Source: Candidatus Marinacidobacterales bacterium
Lineage (GTDB): Bacteria; Acidobacteriota; Vicinamibacteria; Marinacidobacterales; DATDRI01
Direction: 5' to 3'
Assembly (NCBI GenBank): GCA_965226495.1
Contig: OZ245365.1
Span: forward strand, 3,267,516 to 3,331,515
Length of the DNA: 64,000 nucleotides
This document shows, in pieces, positions 28,751-40,000 of the stretch. The notes below the pieces were generated by a model. It searched no databases. It was not told the DNA's origin and saw only the letters and a program-made list of their open reading frames with translations. A program made the position numbers and the translations under genes. Position 1 is the first letter of the stretch, and the number at the start of each line of letters is the position of its first letter.

Positions 28751-29665
28751 ATGAAGATTGCCGTTACCGGCGCCACCGGCCTAATCGGCGCCGCTCTCAG
28801 CGAGCGGCTTCACAAGCAAGGAAACGAAATCGTGGCGATCACGCGACGAAAGAAACTCTCTTCACCTTATTCCCCTTATACGGTCGTCCATTGGGATGTG
28901 GAGCGAGGGAAGCTCGATGCGTCGGCCCTCGAGGGTGTCGACGCGGTCGTACACTTGGCCGGAGAGACGATCGCGGAACGATGGACCGCCCCAAAAAAGG
29001 CGCTCATCCGAAGCAGCCGCGTCGAGGGCACCAAGCTTCTGGTCGAAGGCTTGAAGAGTCTCTCCAAACGACCTTCGGTCCTCGTCAGCTCATCCGCGCT
29101 CGGCTTTTACGGAAACCGGGGTGACGAAGAGCTAGACGAGAGTGCCGCCCCCGGGACCGGATACTTGCCGGAGGTCTGTCAAGAGTGGGAATCAGAGGCG
29201 GCCCGTGCGAAGGAGCTCGGAATGAGAGTCGTGAGCATGCGGGGTGGCATCGCCTTGTCCACGAGAGGAGGCGCGTTGGCGAAAATGCTATTGCCATTCA
29301 AGCTCGGTTTGGGCGGGCCGCTGGGAAGTGGGCGCCAGTGGATGTCTTGGATCCATATTGATGACGTCGTGGGCGGGTACCACTTCGCCCTCCACCAGCC
29401 GGGGTTCGATGGTGTCGCCAACTTGACCGCGCCCCGGCCGGTTCGAAACAAAGAATTCACCAAGGCGCTAGGGCGGGCGTTGTCCCGGCCGGCCTTCCTC
29501 CCGACTCCGGGGTTTGCGCTGAAGCTGGCTTTCGGAGAAATGGCCAAGGATCTGCTACTGGACGGCCAGAAGGTCTTGCCTCGCCGCTTGGAGCAGGCCG
29601 GGTACAAGTTCCAGCACCCCGGTTTGGACGAGGCGTTACAAGACGTCATCTCAGCGCGAAAATAG
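28751..29665 (+). CDS. TIGR01777/YfcH-family NAD-dependent epimerase (SDR with DUF1731)
   Basis: MKIAVTGATGLIGAAL Rossmann motif. C-terminal QWMSWIHIDD and GYKFQHP blocks. Confidence 0.8.
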   Translation: MKIAVTGATGLIGAALSERLHKQGNEIVAITRRKKLSSPYSPYTVVHWDVERGKLDASALEGVDAVVHLAGETIAERWTAPKKALIRSSRVEGTKLLVEGLKSLSKRPSVLVSSSALGFYGNRGDEELDESAAPGTGYLPEVCQEWESEAARAKELGMRVVSMRGGIALSTRGGALAKMLLPFKLGLGGPLGSGRQWMSWIHIDDVVGGYHFALHQPGFDGVANLTAPRPVRNKEFTKALGRALSRPAFLPTPGFALKLAFGEMAKDLLLDGQKVLPRRLEQAGYKFQHPGLDEALQDVISARK

Positions 29666-29726
29666 CCTCCCCGACCGCCGGGGGCCCCCATCGAGCTCGA
29701 TGTCGAGCCTGATATAATGGCACAAC

Positions 29727-32036
29727 ATGGAATTTGACGTTGCTCCGGAGGATCTCGCGAGAACTCCTGAACAACCCTCCGAACCCTCGAATCGCGGCGC
29801 GCGCCTGGTGCATTGGCTGGTCCTGCTCTTCCTGTTCGTGTTGTCCGTCGCGGGAGGCTCGCTCACCGGGCTGCTGATTGCGTATCAGACAGATCTACCC
29901 CAAATCGAGACCCTGGAGGACTACAAGCCGAGCATCATCTCCGAACTCTACTCCGACGAAGGTAACGTCATCGCGGAGTTCGCGGTGGAACGGCGGGTGG
30001 TGATCCCCTTCGAAGAAATCCCGCAATACCTCAAGGACGCTCTGGTGGCGACCGAGGATCAACATTTCTATCGGCATCCAGGGATCGACCCCACCGGGAT
30101 CGCGCGCGCGGCATACGTAAACCTCGTTCAAGGGCGCCGCGGCCAGGGGGGAAGTACGATCACGCAGCAACTCTCACGCCTACTGTTCCTCACGCCGGAC
30201 AAGACCTACGAGAGGAAGATCAAAGAGGCCATTCTTGCCTTTCAGATCGAGAAGAACTACACGAAGGAAGAGATACTCACCCTCTATTGCAACCAGGTGC
30301 CGCTCGGAAAGGGCGTCTACGGCGTTGAGGCAGCAGCACAGTTCTATTTCGGCAGGTCGACGCGAGATTTGTCACTCGAGGAAGCCGCTCTGATCGCCGG
30401 CTTACCCGGCCGCCCGGCGACATTCAACCCGTTTGACAATCCGGAGCGGGCATTCGTGCGCAGGAACCACGTCCTGAACCGCATGTACGAGGAGGGGTTC
30501 GTACTGGAGGAAGTCAAAAACACCCTTCAGGAGAGACCCATTCAGGTCCGCCGACGGCAGCGCAGCGACGGGCTGGCCGCCTACTTCGTGGAGGAAGTCC
30601 GGCAGTATTTGGAGCGAAAGTACGGAAGCCAGCGGATCTACCGCGGAGGACTTCGCGTCTACACGACGTTGAGCGAAAGCATGCAACGGTCGGCCGAAAA
30701 GGCTATGGACCAAGCCCTCCGAGATCTCGACAAGCGGCAGGGGTTCCGCCCGGTTGAGTTCAACGTACACAGAGACACGGAAGGCGCCATCGACGATTTC
30801 GTGGCCGACGATTGGGGAGAGCCGCTTTCGGTCGGGGAAGTCGTGACCGGGGTGGTTACCGCGGTCGATGACCGAAAGGCGACGGTGCGCATCGATCGCT
30901 ACACCGCAACGGTGGATGCCAAAGCCATTGAGTGGACGAAAGAAAAAAGGCCCAGCGCTATTCTCAAATTGGGCGACGTCACCGATTTCAAGATCCAGTC
31001 CATCGACCCACCTACCGAGACCGTGACCGTGACACTCGAGCAAGAACCGGTGGCCGAAGGAGCCTTCCTGGCCCTCGAGACCAGAACCGGCCAAATCAAA
31101 GCAATGTTTGGTGGCTTCGACTTCGCGCGCAGCAAGTTCAATCGTGCCGTGCAGGCGCGCCGACAGCCCGGATCGGCGTTCAAGCCTTTCGCTTATGCCG
31201 CAGCGATTGACGCCGGATTCACCGCCACTTCCCTCATCCTCGATGCCCCGGTCCGATATCAAGATCCGATAACGGAGGAGATCTACGAGCCATCGAACTA
31301 CAACGGCAAGTACGAAGGATGGGTCACTCTTCGCCGAGCGCTCGAGGCCTCTCGCAACGTTCCGGCGGTCCGTTTGACCGAACAGATCGGACCCGAAAAA
31401 GTTGCGGAAATGGCCCGGCGATTGGGACTAGCCGGACCCCTTCCACCTTTTTTGAGTCTACCGTTGGGTTCAGCGGAAGCGAGTCTCATCGAAATGGTCT
31501 CGGCCTACTCGGCATTTCCCAATCAGGGGATCCGAATGCGGCCGTTTCTCGTTACCAAGGTGACGGATCGGGACGGTAACCTCCTCGAGGAGACCCATCC
31601 GAAGGCGGCCAGTGCCATCCGCGCCGACACGGCGTACATTGTGACCAGCCTGATGCAGGGCGTCGTCCGACGAGGCACCGCCGCGCGGGCAGCTCAATTG
31701 GGGCGGCCCATGGCGGGTAAGACCGGAACCACCAACGACTATACGGACGCGTGGTTCATCGGATTCGACCCCGGGCTCGCCGCGGGCGTTTGGGTCGGCT
31801 TCGACGAGAAACGCTCCCTGGGCGAGAAAGAAGTGGGAGCACGGACCGCCCTTCCCGCTTGGATCCAATTCATGCGTGAAGTGCGGGCGGATCAACCGGT
31901 CGAGGACTTCCCCGTTCCCTCGAACATCGTCTTTGTTCCGGTGGATCGGCACACCGGCTATCCGAGCCACAGTTCGGGCAAGGATGTTATTTTGGAGGCG
32001 TATATTAGTGGAACCGAACCGGCTGGCTACCCTTGA
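29727..32036 (+). CDS. class A penicillin-binding protein (PBP1A-type transglycosylase/transpeptidase)
   Basis: GT51 motifs EDQHFYRHPGID and GGSTITQQL. Transpeptidase SxxK, SxN and KTGT (MAGKTGTTND). Confidence 0.9.
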   Translation: MEFDVAPEDLARTPEQPSEPSNRGARLVHWLVLLFLFVLSVAGGSLTGLLIAYQTDLPQIETLEDYKPSIISELYSDEGNVIAEFAVERRVVIPFEEIPQYLKDALVATEDQHFYRHPGIDPTGIARAAYVNLVQGRRGQGGSTITQQLSRLLFLTPDKTYERKIKEAILAFQIEKNYTKEEILTLYCNQVPLGKGVYGVEAAAQFYFGRSTRDLSLEEAALIAGLPGRPATFNPFDNPERAFVRRNHVLNRMYEEGFVLEEVKNTLQERPIQVRRRQRSDGLAAYFVEEVRQYLERKYGSQRIYRGGLRVYTTLSESMQRSAEKAMDQALRDLDKRQGFRPVEFNVHRDTEGAIDDFVADDWGEPLSVGEVVTGVVTAVDDRKATVRIDRYTATVDAKAIEWTKEKRPSAILKLGDVTDFKIQSIDPPTETVTVTLEQEPVAEGAFLALETRTGQIKAMFGGFDFARSKFNRAVQARRQPGSAFKPFAYAAAIDAGFTATSLILDAPVRYQDPITEEIYEPSNYNGKYEGWVTLRRALEASRNVPAVRLTEQIGPEKVAEMARRLGLAGPLPPFLSLPLGSAEASLIEMVSAYSAFPNQGIRMRPFLVTKVTDRDGNLLEETHPKAASAIRADTAYIVTSLMQGVVRRGTAARAAQLGRPMAGKTGTTNDYTDAWFIGFDPGLAAGVWVGFDEKRSLGEKEVGARTALPAWIQFMREVRADQPVEDFPVPSNIVFVPVDRHTGYPSHSSGKDVILEAYISGTEPAGYP

Positions 32037-32148
32037 CGCGCTGTTTGCCGCCAAAACAGGACTCGGCACGACCGGAGGTGGCCAGGCGGCGGAACAGAGC
32101 CAGCGGGCTATCCTTAAGTAGACCATCCCTAAACGGAGTGAGAAGCCA

Positions 32149-32766
32149 ATGAAAAAAGTTTTTGCTGCAGGATGTGGCGTCCTCATCGTGGTGGCATTGC
32201 TGGTCGCCGCGGTCGGGGTGCTCTGGGGCCTCGGGTCTTACAACCGACTGGTCGGCCTCGAGGAGCAGGTCAATGCCTCCTGGTCCCAGGTCGAGAACGT
32301 GTATCAGCGGCGAGCCGACTTGATTCCCAACTTGGTGAACACCGTCCAGGGCGCGGCGGACTTCGAAAGGGAAACCCTGACCGCGGTCATCGAGGCCCGA
32401 GCCAAAGCCACGTCCGTCCAGCTAACTCCGGGAGAGCTGAGCGATCCCCAAGCGCTGGCCCGATTCGAGCAAGCCCAGAGCGGACTGGGAAGCGCCCTCG
32501 GACGCCTGATGGTGGTCGTGGAGCGTTACCCCGATATCAAGGCCAATCAGAACTTCATCCAGCTCCAAGACGAGTTGGCCGGCACGGAGAACCGAATCGC
32601 TGTCGAACGCAAACGCTTTAATGAATCCGCCCAGGGCTTCAATACCGCGCGGCGACGCTTCCCCGCTGTCTTGATCGCCGGGTGGCTGGGATTCGATGAG
32701 AAGGCCTATTTCCAGGCGACTCCGGGAGCCGACCAACCTCCGGTCGTCGACTTCGATAACAACTGA
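32149..32766 (+). CDS. lemA: LemA-family protein
   Basis: N-terminal TM. YNRLVGLEEQVNASWSQVENVYQRRADLIPNLV and ERYPDIKANQNF blocks. Confidence 0.85.
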   Translation: MKKVFAAGCGVLIVVALLVAAVGVLWGLGSYNRLVGLEEQVNASWSQVENVYQRRADLIPNLVNTVQGAADFERETLTAVIEARAKATSVQLTPGELSDPQALARFEQAQSGLGSALGRLMVVVERYPDIKANQNFIQLQDELAGTENRIAVERKRFNESAQGFNTARRRFPAVLIAGWLGFDEKAYFQATPGADQPPVVDFDNN

Positions 32767-32891
32767 CAAACGTCCGGGATCACGTTCCAAGCGCCACCCA
32801 CTTGGCCGGCTCAAAATCTAAGCGTTTAACACTCAACTTAAATCAATAACTCGCCTATAAACAATTAGTTAACAAACCATACCGTCATGCC

Positions 32892-32920
32892 TTGACAATC
32901 ATCCACTAAGTTTGTATAGT
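32892..32920 (+). promoter_or_regulatory. consensus sigma-70 promoter upstream of lon
   Basis: TTGACA-N17-TATAGT embedded in an AT-rich tract of about 130 bp. It lies about 155 nt upstream of the lon start. Confidence 0.55.
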
Positions 32921-33074
32921 TAGTAAGAAGTTCCGGGTCGATTCCAGCAATCACTGGTGCCTTACGGTCTTGACTCGCGGCACGCCATGATTTGGACGGG
33001 CGTCTGACGAGCTAGTTCGTGGCAAGGCCTGCTTTGACGCCAAACCAGTTCGACCGGAAGACCGAGGAGAATAG

Positions 33075-35507
33075 ATGACAACCCAAGAGCAGAAAACGAC
33101 GACCCCAGAGGGAATCCATGAGTCGGTTCCTATCCTCCCCTTGCGAGACACATCGATATTTCCACACTCCATCCTTCCCCTTGCCGTAGGTCGAGAAAGC
33201 ACAGTGCAGTTACTCGAGGAGAACTCGGACACCGCGGAGTTCATTGGCGTGGTAACCCAGCGTGATGCCACCGTCGAAACTCCGAACGGCTCCGACCTCT
33301 ACGAAGTGGGCACGGGGGTCAAGATTCACAAATCGGTTCGAATGCCCGATCGGTCGGTTCGGTTGGTTGTTCAGGGCTTGTTCCGATTCCGGGTGCTTCG
33401 CGTAGTCCAGACCGCTCCGTACGTCCGCGCCGACATCGAGGTCGTCTCGGATTTCGCCTCCCCCGAAGAAGAGCTCGAGATCGATGCTCTGACCCGCAAC
33501 CTACAGTCGGTCTTCTCCAAAGTCGTCGAGCTTTCACCCAATCTGTCGGACGAGGTCAGCTCGCTGAGCTCCGCCACCCAAGGGGGCAGCCGCCTGGCAG
33601 ACTTCATCGCGCAGAACCTCCCCAATCTAGATACGCCGGCCCGCCAGACCGTGCTCGAGGCCGTGGATGTTAAGAAACGGTTGACACTCGTGCACCAGGC
33701 CTTGTTGCGGGAGCAGGAAGTGCTCGAGTTGGGGAACAAGATCGAATCGCAGGTCAAGGACGAGGTGGGAAAGACCCAACGCGAGTATTACCTGCGGGAG
33801 CAGCTCAAGGCCATTCAAAAGGAGCTGGGCGAGAACGACGAGAACACAAAAGAGATCGAGGAGCTCCGCCAGAAAATAGAAGACGCGGGGATGCCGGAAG
33901 AGGCCAAGAAAGAGGCCCTGCGGGAAGTCAACCGCCTGGCCAAGATTCCGCCAGCCTCTGCCGAGTACACGGTGGGACGCACCTATCTCGATTGGGTCGT
34001 CCGCGTGCCTTGGTCCAAGCGCACCGAGGACGTCTACGATATTCCAAAGGCCAAAGAGATCCTAGAGGCGGACCACTACGACCTGGAGAAGGTCAAGGAC
34101 CGGATCTTGGAGTTCCTGGCGGTTCGAAAGATGAAGCCGGACATCAAAGGCCCCATCCTGTGCTTCGTGGGCCCCCCGGGCGTCGGCAAGACGAGCCTCG
34201 GCAAGTCGATCGCCAAATCCCTAGGCAGGAAGTTCTCTCGCATCAGCCTGGGCGGGATTCGCGACGAGGCGGAGATCCGAGGTCACCGGAGAACCTATAT
34301 CGGGGCACTGCCGGGTCAGATCATCCAAAGCATTTGCCGCGCTGAGTCCAGAAACCCGGTGTTCATTTTGGACGAGATCGACAAACTGGGAATGGACTTC
34401 CGTGGCGATCCGAGCTCCGCCCTGCTGGAAGTACTCGATCCCGAGCAGAACAACTCTTTCCGGGATCACTACGTGGACCTGCCGTTCGATCTGTCTGAGG
34501 TACTCTTCATCGCCACCGCCAACATCATGGATCCCGTTCCGCCGGCCCTCAAGGACCGCCTGGAAGTCATCCATCTGGCCGGTTACACCGAGGAAGAGAA
34601 GATCCAGATCGCGGAAAGGCATCTCATCCCACGCCAGCTCGAAAATCACGGGCTGAAACCGGACGTCGCCCCCCGATTCACCCGTGAGGCCCTGGCGGAA
34701 ATTATCCGCCACTACACGAAAGAAGCCGGTCTCCGAAACGTGGAGCGCGCTATTGCCTCGATTTGCCGCAAGGCGATAAGGAAGTGGGCGGAGGGTGCTA
34801 CGGAACCGGTCACCGTAACCCCAGACTCCCTTCAGGAATTCCTGGGTGCACCGACCTTTCTTTCTCGCGAAATTTCCGAGAGAGTCAAGGTGCCCGGAGT
34901 CGCAATCGGAATGGCTTGGACTCCGGTCGGCGGAGATATCCTGTTCGTCGAGGCCTCCAAGCTGAAGGGTGGCAAGAACCTCCAACTGACTGGCCAACTG
35001 GGCGACGTCATGAAAGAGTCGGCGCGCGCCGCGCTCACGTGGGTCAGGGCTCACGGTCTGGAGTTCGGTCTAGAGGGTGATTTCTACCGTCGACTCGACC
35101 TCCACCTTCACGTCCCTGAAGGCTCGATCCCAAAGGATGGCCCTTCGGCGGGTGTAACCATGGTCACCGCCTTGGTGTCCGTGCTGACGGGAACTCCGGT
35201 GCGCGCCGACATCGCCATGACTGGAGAAATCACGCTCACCGGACACGTCCTACCGGTAGGCGGCCTGAAAGAGAAGCTGCTTGCCGCACACCGCTACGGG
35301 ATCAAGAAAGTAATCATTCCCAAGCTGAACGAAAAAGCAGTGCTAGAGGATCTTAGTGAAGAGATTCGCGAGGAGCTCGAGATCCATTTGGTCTCGAACC
35401 TGGAAGAAGTTTTGAATATCGTCTTCCCTTCCCTGGCTCCGGGCCTGCTACCGCCAGGCCCGCTGCCGGAAGGGACCGACCCTTCGCATCAAATCCCCTT
35501 GCAGTGA
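33075..35507 (+). CDS. lon: ATP-dependent protease La
   Basis: Lon N domain. Walker [16 protein letters not shown]. Proteolytic site [15 protein letters not shown]. Confidence 0.95.
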   Translation: MTTQEQKTTTPEGIHESVPILPLRDTSIFPHSILPLAVGRESTVQLLEENSDTAEFIGVVTQRDATVETPNGSDLYEVGTGVKIHKSVRMPDRSVRLVVQGLFRFRVLRVVQTAPYVRADIEVVSDFASPEEELEIDALTRNLQSVFSKVVELSPNLSDEVSSLSSATQGGSRLADFIAQNLPNLDTPARQTVLEAVDVKKRLTLVHQALLREQEVLELGNKIESQVKDEVGKTQREYYLREQLKAIQKELGENDENTKEIEELRQKIEDAGMPEEAKKEALREVNRLAKIPPASAEYTVGRTYLDWVVRVPWSKRTEDVYDIPKAKEILEADHYDLEKVKDRILEFLAVRKMKPDIKGPILCFVGPPGVGKTSLGKSIAKSLGRKFSRISLGGIRDEAEIRGHRRTYIGALPGQIIQSICRAESRNPVFILDEIDKLGMDFRGDPSSALLEVLDPEQNNSFRDHYVDLPFDLSEVLFIATANIMDPVPPALKDRLEVIHLAGYTEEEKIQIAERHLIPRQLENHGLKPDVAPRFTREALAEIIRHYTKEAGLRNVERAIASICRKAIRKWAEGATEPVTVTPDSLQEFLGAPTFLSREISERVKVPGVAIGMAWTPVGGDILFVEASKLKGGKNLQLTGQLGDVMKESARAALTWVRAHGLEFGLEGDFYRRLDLHLHVPEGSIPKDGPSAGVTMVTALVSVLTGTPVRADIAMTGEITLTGHVLPVGGLKEKLLAAHRYGIKKVIIPKLNEKAVLEDLSEEIREELEIHLVSNLEEVLNIVFPSLAPGLLPPGPLPEGTDPSHQIPLQ

Positions 35508-35522
35508 TCGGATTGTTCGGCT

Positions 35523-36554
35523 GTGGATTACAAGGATTACTACCAGACGCTGGGCGTCTCGAAGGGTACCAGCCAAAAGGATATCAAGCAGGCGTATCGG
35601 CGCCAGGCCCGCAAACACCATCCCGACGTGAACCCCGGTGATCGCGGAGCCGAAGTCCGCTTCAAGGAGATCAACGAGGCCTACGCTGTCCTTTCCGACT
35701 CCGAAAAACGACAGAAATACGATCAGCTCGGCGCCAATTGGCAGCAGTACGAGCGGGTCGCACAGCAAGATGGAGGCGGTTTTCCACCGGGATTTGAAGG
35801 ATTCCACGTCGAGTTCGAAGGGCAGCCTGGTGCGGAGCGGCCGGGAGGTTTCTCCGACTTCTTCAAGATTTTCTTCGGGGAGGGCTTCGACGCCGACTCG
35901 ATCCGTGGAGGGACCGGGCCCGAATCGGGGCGACGCCGTGGGCGAAGAGGTGCCCGCCGCGGACCTCGAGCGGGCGGTTTCGGTTTCGATGCTCCCGCGT
36001 CCAAAGGGCGTGACGTTTCCGCCCCACTAGAGATAACGCTGGAAGATGCGTTTCGTGGCAGCCAAAGGCGACTCGCTCTGCAGAACAATTCAGGCTCGCC
36101 CCAGCAACAGATCGAGGTCAAGATCCCGCCAGGAGTAAAGGACGGCTCTCGAGTACGCGTGGCCGGCAAGGGTGAGCCCGGGGTCGGCGGTGCTCCTTCC
36201 GGCGATCTCTACCTCGACGTCAAGCTTCTCCCACATTCGCTCTATCGTCGTGAGGGCGACGATCTCTACGTCGACGTCCCGGTAACGGTAACCGAGGCGG
36301 CGCTCGGTGCCGAAGTCGAGGTCCCCACTTTTTCCGGCAAGACGCGCATCAAGGTCCCCGCTGGCTCTCAAAGCGGGAGGCTCTTACGGCTCCGTGAAAA
36401 AGGCATGCCGCAGCTCAAGAAGGACGGCCACGGCGATCTCTTTGCGAGAGTGAAAGTGGTCACGCCTACGGAACTTTCCGAAAAGGAACGCGAGCTCCTC
36501 GAAGAGCTCAATAGTCTGCGCAGCGAAGACCTCCGAGCCCACTTCGGTAACTGA
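35523..36554 (+). CDS. cbpA: DnaJ-class co-chaperone lacking the zinc finger (CbpA-like)
   Basis: J domain with HPD (KHHPDVNP). Gly-rich linker. DnaJ C-terminal domains. No CxxCxGxG repeats. GTG start. Confidence 0.8.
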   Translation: MDYKDYYQTLGVSKGTSQKDIKQAYRRQARKHHPDVNPGDRGAEVRFKEINEAYAVLSDSEKRQKYDQLGANWQQYERVAQQDGGGFPPGFEGFHVEFEGQPGAERPGGFSDFFKIFFGEGFDADSIRGGTGPESGRRRGRRGARRGPRAGGFGFDAPASKGRDVSAPLEITLEDAFRGSQRRLALQNNSGSPQQQIEVKIPPGVKDGSRVRVAGKGEPGVGGAPSGDLYLDVKLLPHSLYRREGDDLYVDVPVTVTEAALGAEVEVPTFSGKTRIKVPAGSQSGRLLRLREKGMPQLKKDGHGDLFARVKVVTPTELSEKERELLEELNSLRSEDLRAHFGN

Positions 36555-36563
36555 CCTAACCGT

Positions 36564-37001
36564 CTAGTCTGACCCTCCCACCGTCACCGTGACCTTCGCG
36601 GCATAGCTTGCAGCGTCGATGCGTTTTCCCGATTCGGTCTGCGGATCGAGCTCGGTGATTGCGATGGACACCTCCTCGAATTCCTGGACATCGCTGCCAC
36701 CCGGCGGAACGCTGAACGTTAGATCGGTAGTACCGCCGTCTCGGGAAGCCTGAAAGATCACAATCGCCTCGCCGGCGACGATGCAATTCGCGTCCTTCGG
36801 GCAGCGAGAGTCCCGAGTGACGGCAGAGAAAGTGATGGAGATGTCTACCTCTTCAAGACTGACCGATTCACCGACCGCGATCGAAAAAGACTCCCCTGCC
36901 GAATGCTCCGTTAGTGTGGTGCTCGCCGTCGGCGCACAGTCGGTGCCTGCCACCAGGACCCCGAGCTGGCTGACCAACGCCAAAGCGAACAACGTCTTCA
37001 T
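36564..37001 (-). CDS. hypothetical small lipoprotein downstream of the M36 protease
   Basis: Signal/lipobox-like MKTLFALALVSQLGVLVAGTDC. 145 aa. No family recognised. Confidence 0.45.
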   Translation of the reverse strand: MKTLFALALVSQLGVLVAGTDCAPTASTTLTEHSAGESFSIAVGESVSLEEVDISITFSAVTRDSRCPKDANCIVAGEAIVIFQASRDGGTTDLTFSVPPGGSDVQEFEEVSIAITELDPQTESGKRIDAASYAAKVTVTVGGSD

Positions 37002-37035
37002 TGTGGCCGACGGCGCTCCTTCCTTATCTTGGCCT

Positions 37036-40000
37036 TTATTGCGGCACGCAGATGACAATGTCATCCAATCCGGCCTCCACTAGATCACCGGGGCCGGCAC
37101 CATCCGAAACTTGTACGCGGAGGACCAGATCGCCGGGGTTGGCGACGGTCGTCGCCACCTGGGTCCACTCGGCGTTCAACGTCACATCCCCGATCGACAC
37201 CAGGTTCGTTGTGAAGGTCGAGCCCCCATCGGTCGACACGTCGATGCTGAAGAAATCCCCCGCCGCGTCGTCCCCCTGATCTCGTTGGCCAAAGTAGTAC
37301 CACAACGTGATTTGGACGTCGGAGTGCGCGTTCGCATCGATGGAGGTTGACAAAGCGGTACAGACGCCACCGTCGACGTCGTCGGTTCCCGCTCCACCGG
37401 CGTTCGGCTGGGTGAAGAACGCGTTGACACCAGTGGCCGAGTGATCGTCCTCCAGCTGCGTTGTGACGCCACTGTTCACGACTTGGTCGGGATTGCCGAC
37501 CATCCAATCCCCTGTGGAACAGGTGCTGTCCGGTACGCTGTGGAACCAACCGCTGGGCCCCGCCTCGAAGTCCGTGGCAAGAAGGATCTCGCCGCACACC
37601 GGAGGCAGTTCCTCGAAGATCCGCACATTCCGGAACGTCCCGTTGTTGTTCTGCGTTCCGGCGTCTTTGTCGTTCACCAGCACCAAAAACATGCCGCTGC
37701 CAGTATAGAACTCACCCACCTTGATCCGAAAGCTCACGAAGTTGCCTAGGTCGCTACTGGTGTACTGTTGCGCGTTTTGGAACGCACCGCTCCAGTTCTG
37801 CGTGCCGAAGATCTCGAAGATCCGCGTGTTGTTGTTCAAGGTGTCGTCTTCGTCGAAACCAATACCATGGATCTCTCCCTTGGAGGTGCTCATGAACTCG
37901 AACTCGATGACCGTGGACGGTGTGACGTTGACCGTCTGCGTGGTGCGGCGCCAGCGGTTGCCTTCCAAGAAGAGACTCGCACCGGCCTCCTGCGGCTCAA
38001 CCGTTCCGGTGCGGTCCTGGTTGGAGTACGAGACGGTCTGCGTGTTCTCCCAGTCGATGCAATCGTTGCATCCCCCCGTATCGGGATTGATAGTGACCAC
38101 TATCGAATCCGACCCGGAGAGGCCGCCATTGTCGGTGACGGCTGCGGTGATCGTGTGCGTGCCCAGCGACAATCCGGTTGTCGAGAACGAGCCACCCGAG
38201 CCGATCGCGTCGTCTAGGCTGGAGTTCCACGTCAGGTTCATCGTCACAACTCCGTCCTCGGTGTCGCTTGCACTGCCGACAAACACGACAGAGGCTCCCG
38301 ACATGAAACTCGAGTTGTCCGGCGGACTGCTGATCGTAACGCTCGGTGGCGTATTCGCCGCTCCGACGACCCGCACGCACGCGAAGCGACCGAGGTTCGT
38401 CGCCGAGCCTGCATCCTTGTCGTTCACGAAGACCAACCGCATGGAACTCCCGGTGTAGAACTGCCCCACCCGAATACTGAAGGTCTCGAACTCATCAGAG
38501 CCGGAGTAACGCGGCGAGAACTGGTTGGCGCCGGTCCAGTTTTGTGTGCCCCAGAACTGGAAGATGCGCACGTCGTTGCTGAGCTCCTGGTTCTCATCGA
38601 ACCCGACGCCGTGGATTTCCCCCTCCGCGGCGCTCTGAAACTGGAACTCGATAACGGTGTCGGTGGTCACCTCGAAGCTGTCGGTCGACCGGCGCCAACG
38701 GTTGCCTTCTATGAGCAAGGTATCGCCGTCATTCTCGATGCTCAGCTCCCCGGTTCCGTCTTGATTGGAATATGCCTCGAGCGTGAATGCATTGAAGTCG
38801 ATGCTACCGACCGGGCAGGTCGGCGGGTCGGGTGGGGTTAGGCAAGACGCAGGGAGGTTGAAGCCGTTGGTGGGGCTGGTACTGTTCGAGCCCCCGCTCA
38901 CCGCGTCGGTGCCGAGTCCGTAGGCGGCGAAGACTTCCCAAAGTGCACAAACATCCTCCCCGGAAAAATTGTCGACTGCCACCTGGATGACGCCGTCGCG
39001 CGCGTCGACGAAGGTCGGCGAGCAAGCGGTGTTCTTCAAACCTTCGTTCACGTAAAGGAGCGCACGATGATTACCCGCTCCCGCGGTAGAGTCGTAGAGA
39101 TCCGGGTCGAAGCCATGGTCGTCGACCAGCCGCCAATACATCTCCCAAAGAACTTGAGCCCATACGGAGCCCACGCCGTGAGGAATGGATAGGCCGTTGA
39201 TGCTCTCATAGGTGTAACTGTTGACCAGTGGATCGGTGCTATACCGCTGGGGGCGTATGCCTGGTCCATCGGCGGCCTGGCCGAAGAGATAAGTTCCAAT
39301 GCCGCGCGCATCCAGTCCCGCATCCCCGACTTCCGCGGTGTAGACCAATGCGAACCAGTCGCTCCAACCTTCTCCACCCTGTTGGTTATTGTTGAGACAA
39401 CTCGAGTTGCCAGGTCCCCCTACTTGGCGCACCGAGATGCCATGTCCGTACTCGTGCACGATAACGCCGTTGTCGAAGTCACCGTCTCTCGCAGGGCTTA
39501 CGTTGTCACACAGGAACATCTGCATCCGTGGCCGCCCGCCATCGGTCGGCGTGGCGAAGTTCGCGTTGCAGGTGCCGCTCCCATCTTGGGCCTCGGCGCG
39601 CACGTCGTCCCCTCCGGCGCCCCCATTGCTGAAATTGTTGACCTGGAAATTGCCGCCTGCTTCATCGAAACCGTACTGATACTGGACATCGTGAATGATG
39701 TTGTTCCAGTAGAACAGATTGGCGATGGCGGCGCTCCTGTAGTTGCTCGGCTCTTGGCTAAGGTCAACCGGAAAGTCGCAATTCAGTGACGCCCCGCAAC
39801 TCGGCTGAGAGCCTGGAGGCGAGTCGTTGGCATCCGAGTCCTCGTAGGCATGGACGTTGTTTCCGCGCATAACGGTGTAGCTTGCGCTTCCGGTGTCGTG
39901 CCAACCGAGGGCTGAGGCCGTAGGGTCCGCCGGATCGGTTGCCAGTATCCTGGCCTCGGCCGGCGGAGACGGAGTTGTGTGCTGAGGGCTCTCCACCGGC

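Noticed and set aside
32800-32930. CIRCE (TTAGCACTC-N9-GAGTGCTAA) or HAIR heat-shock operators upstream of lon
   Set aside because: TTAACACTC is present but no matching inverted half-site GAGTGCTAA. No CTTGAGT…ACTCAAG either.
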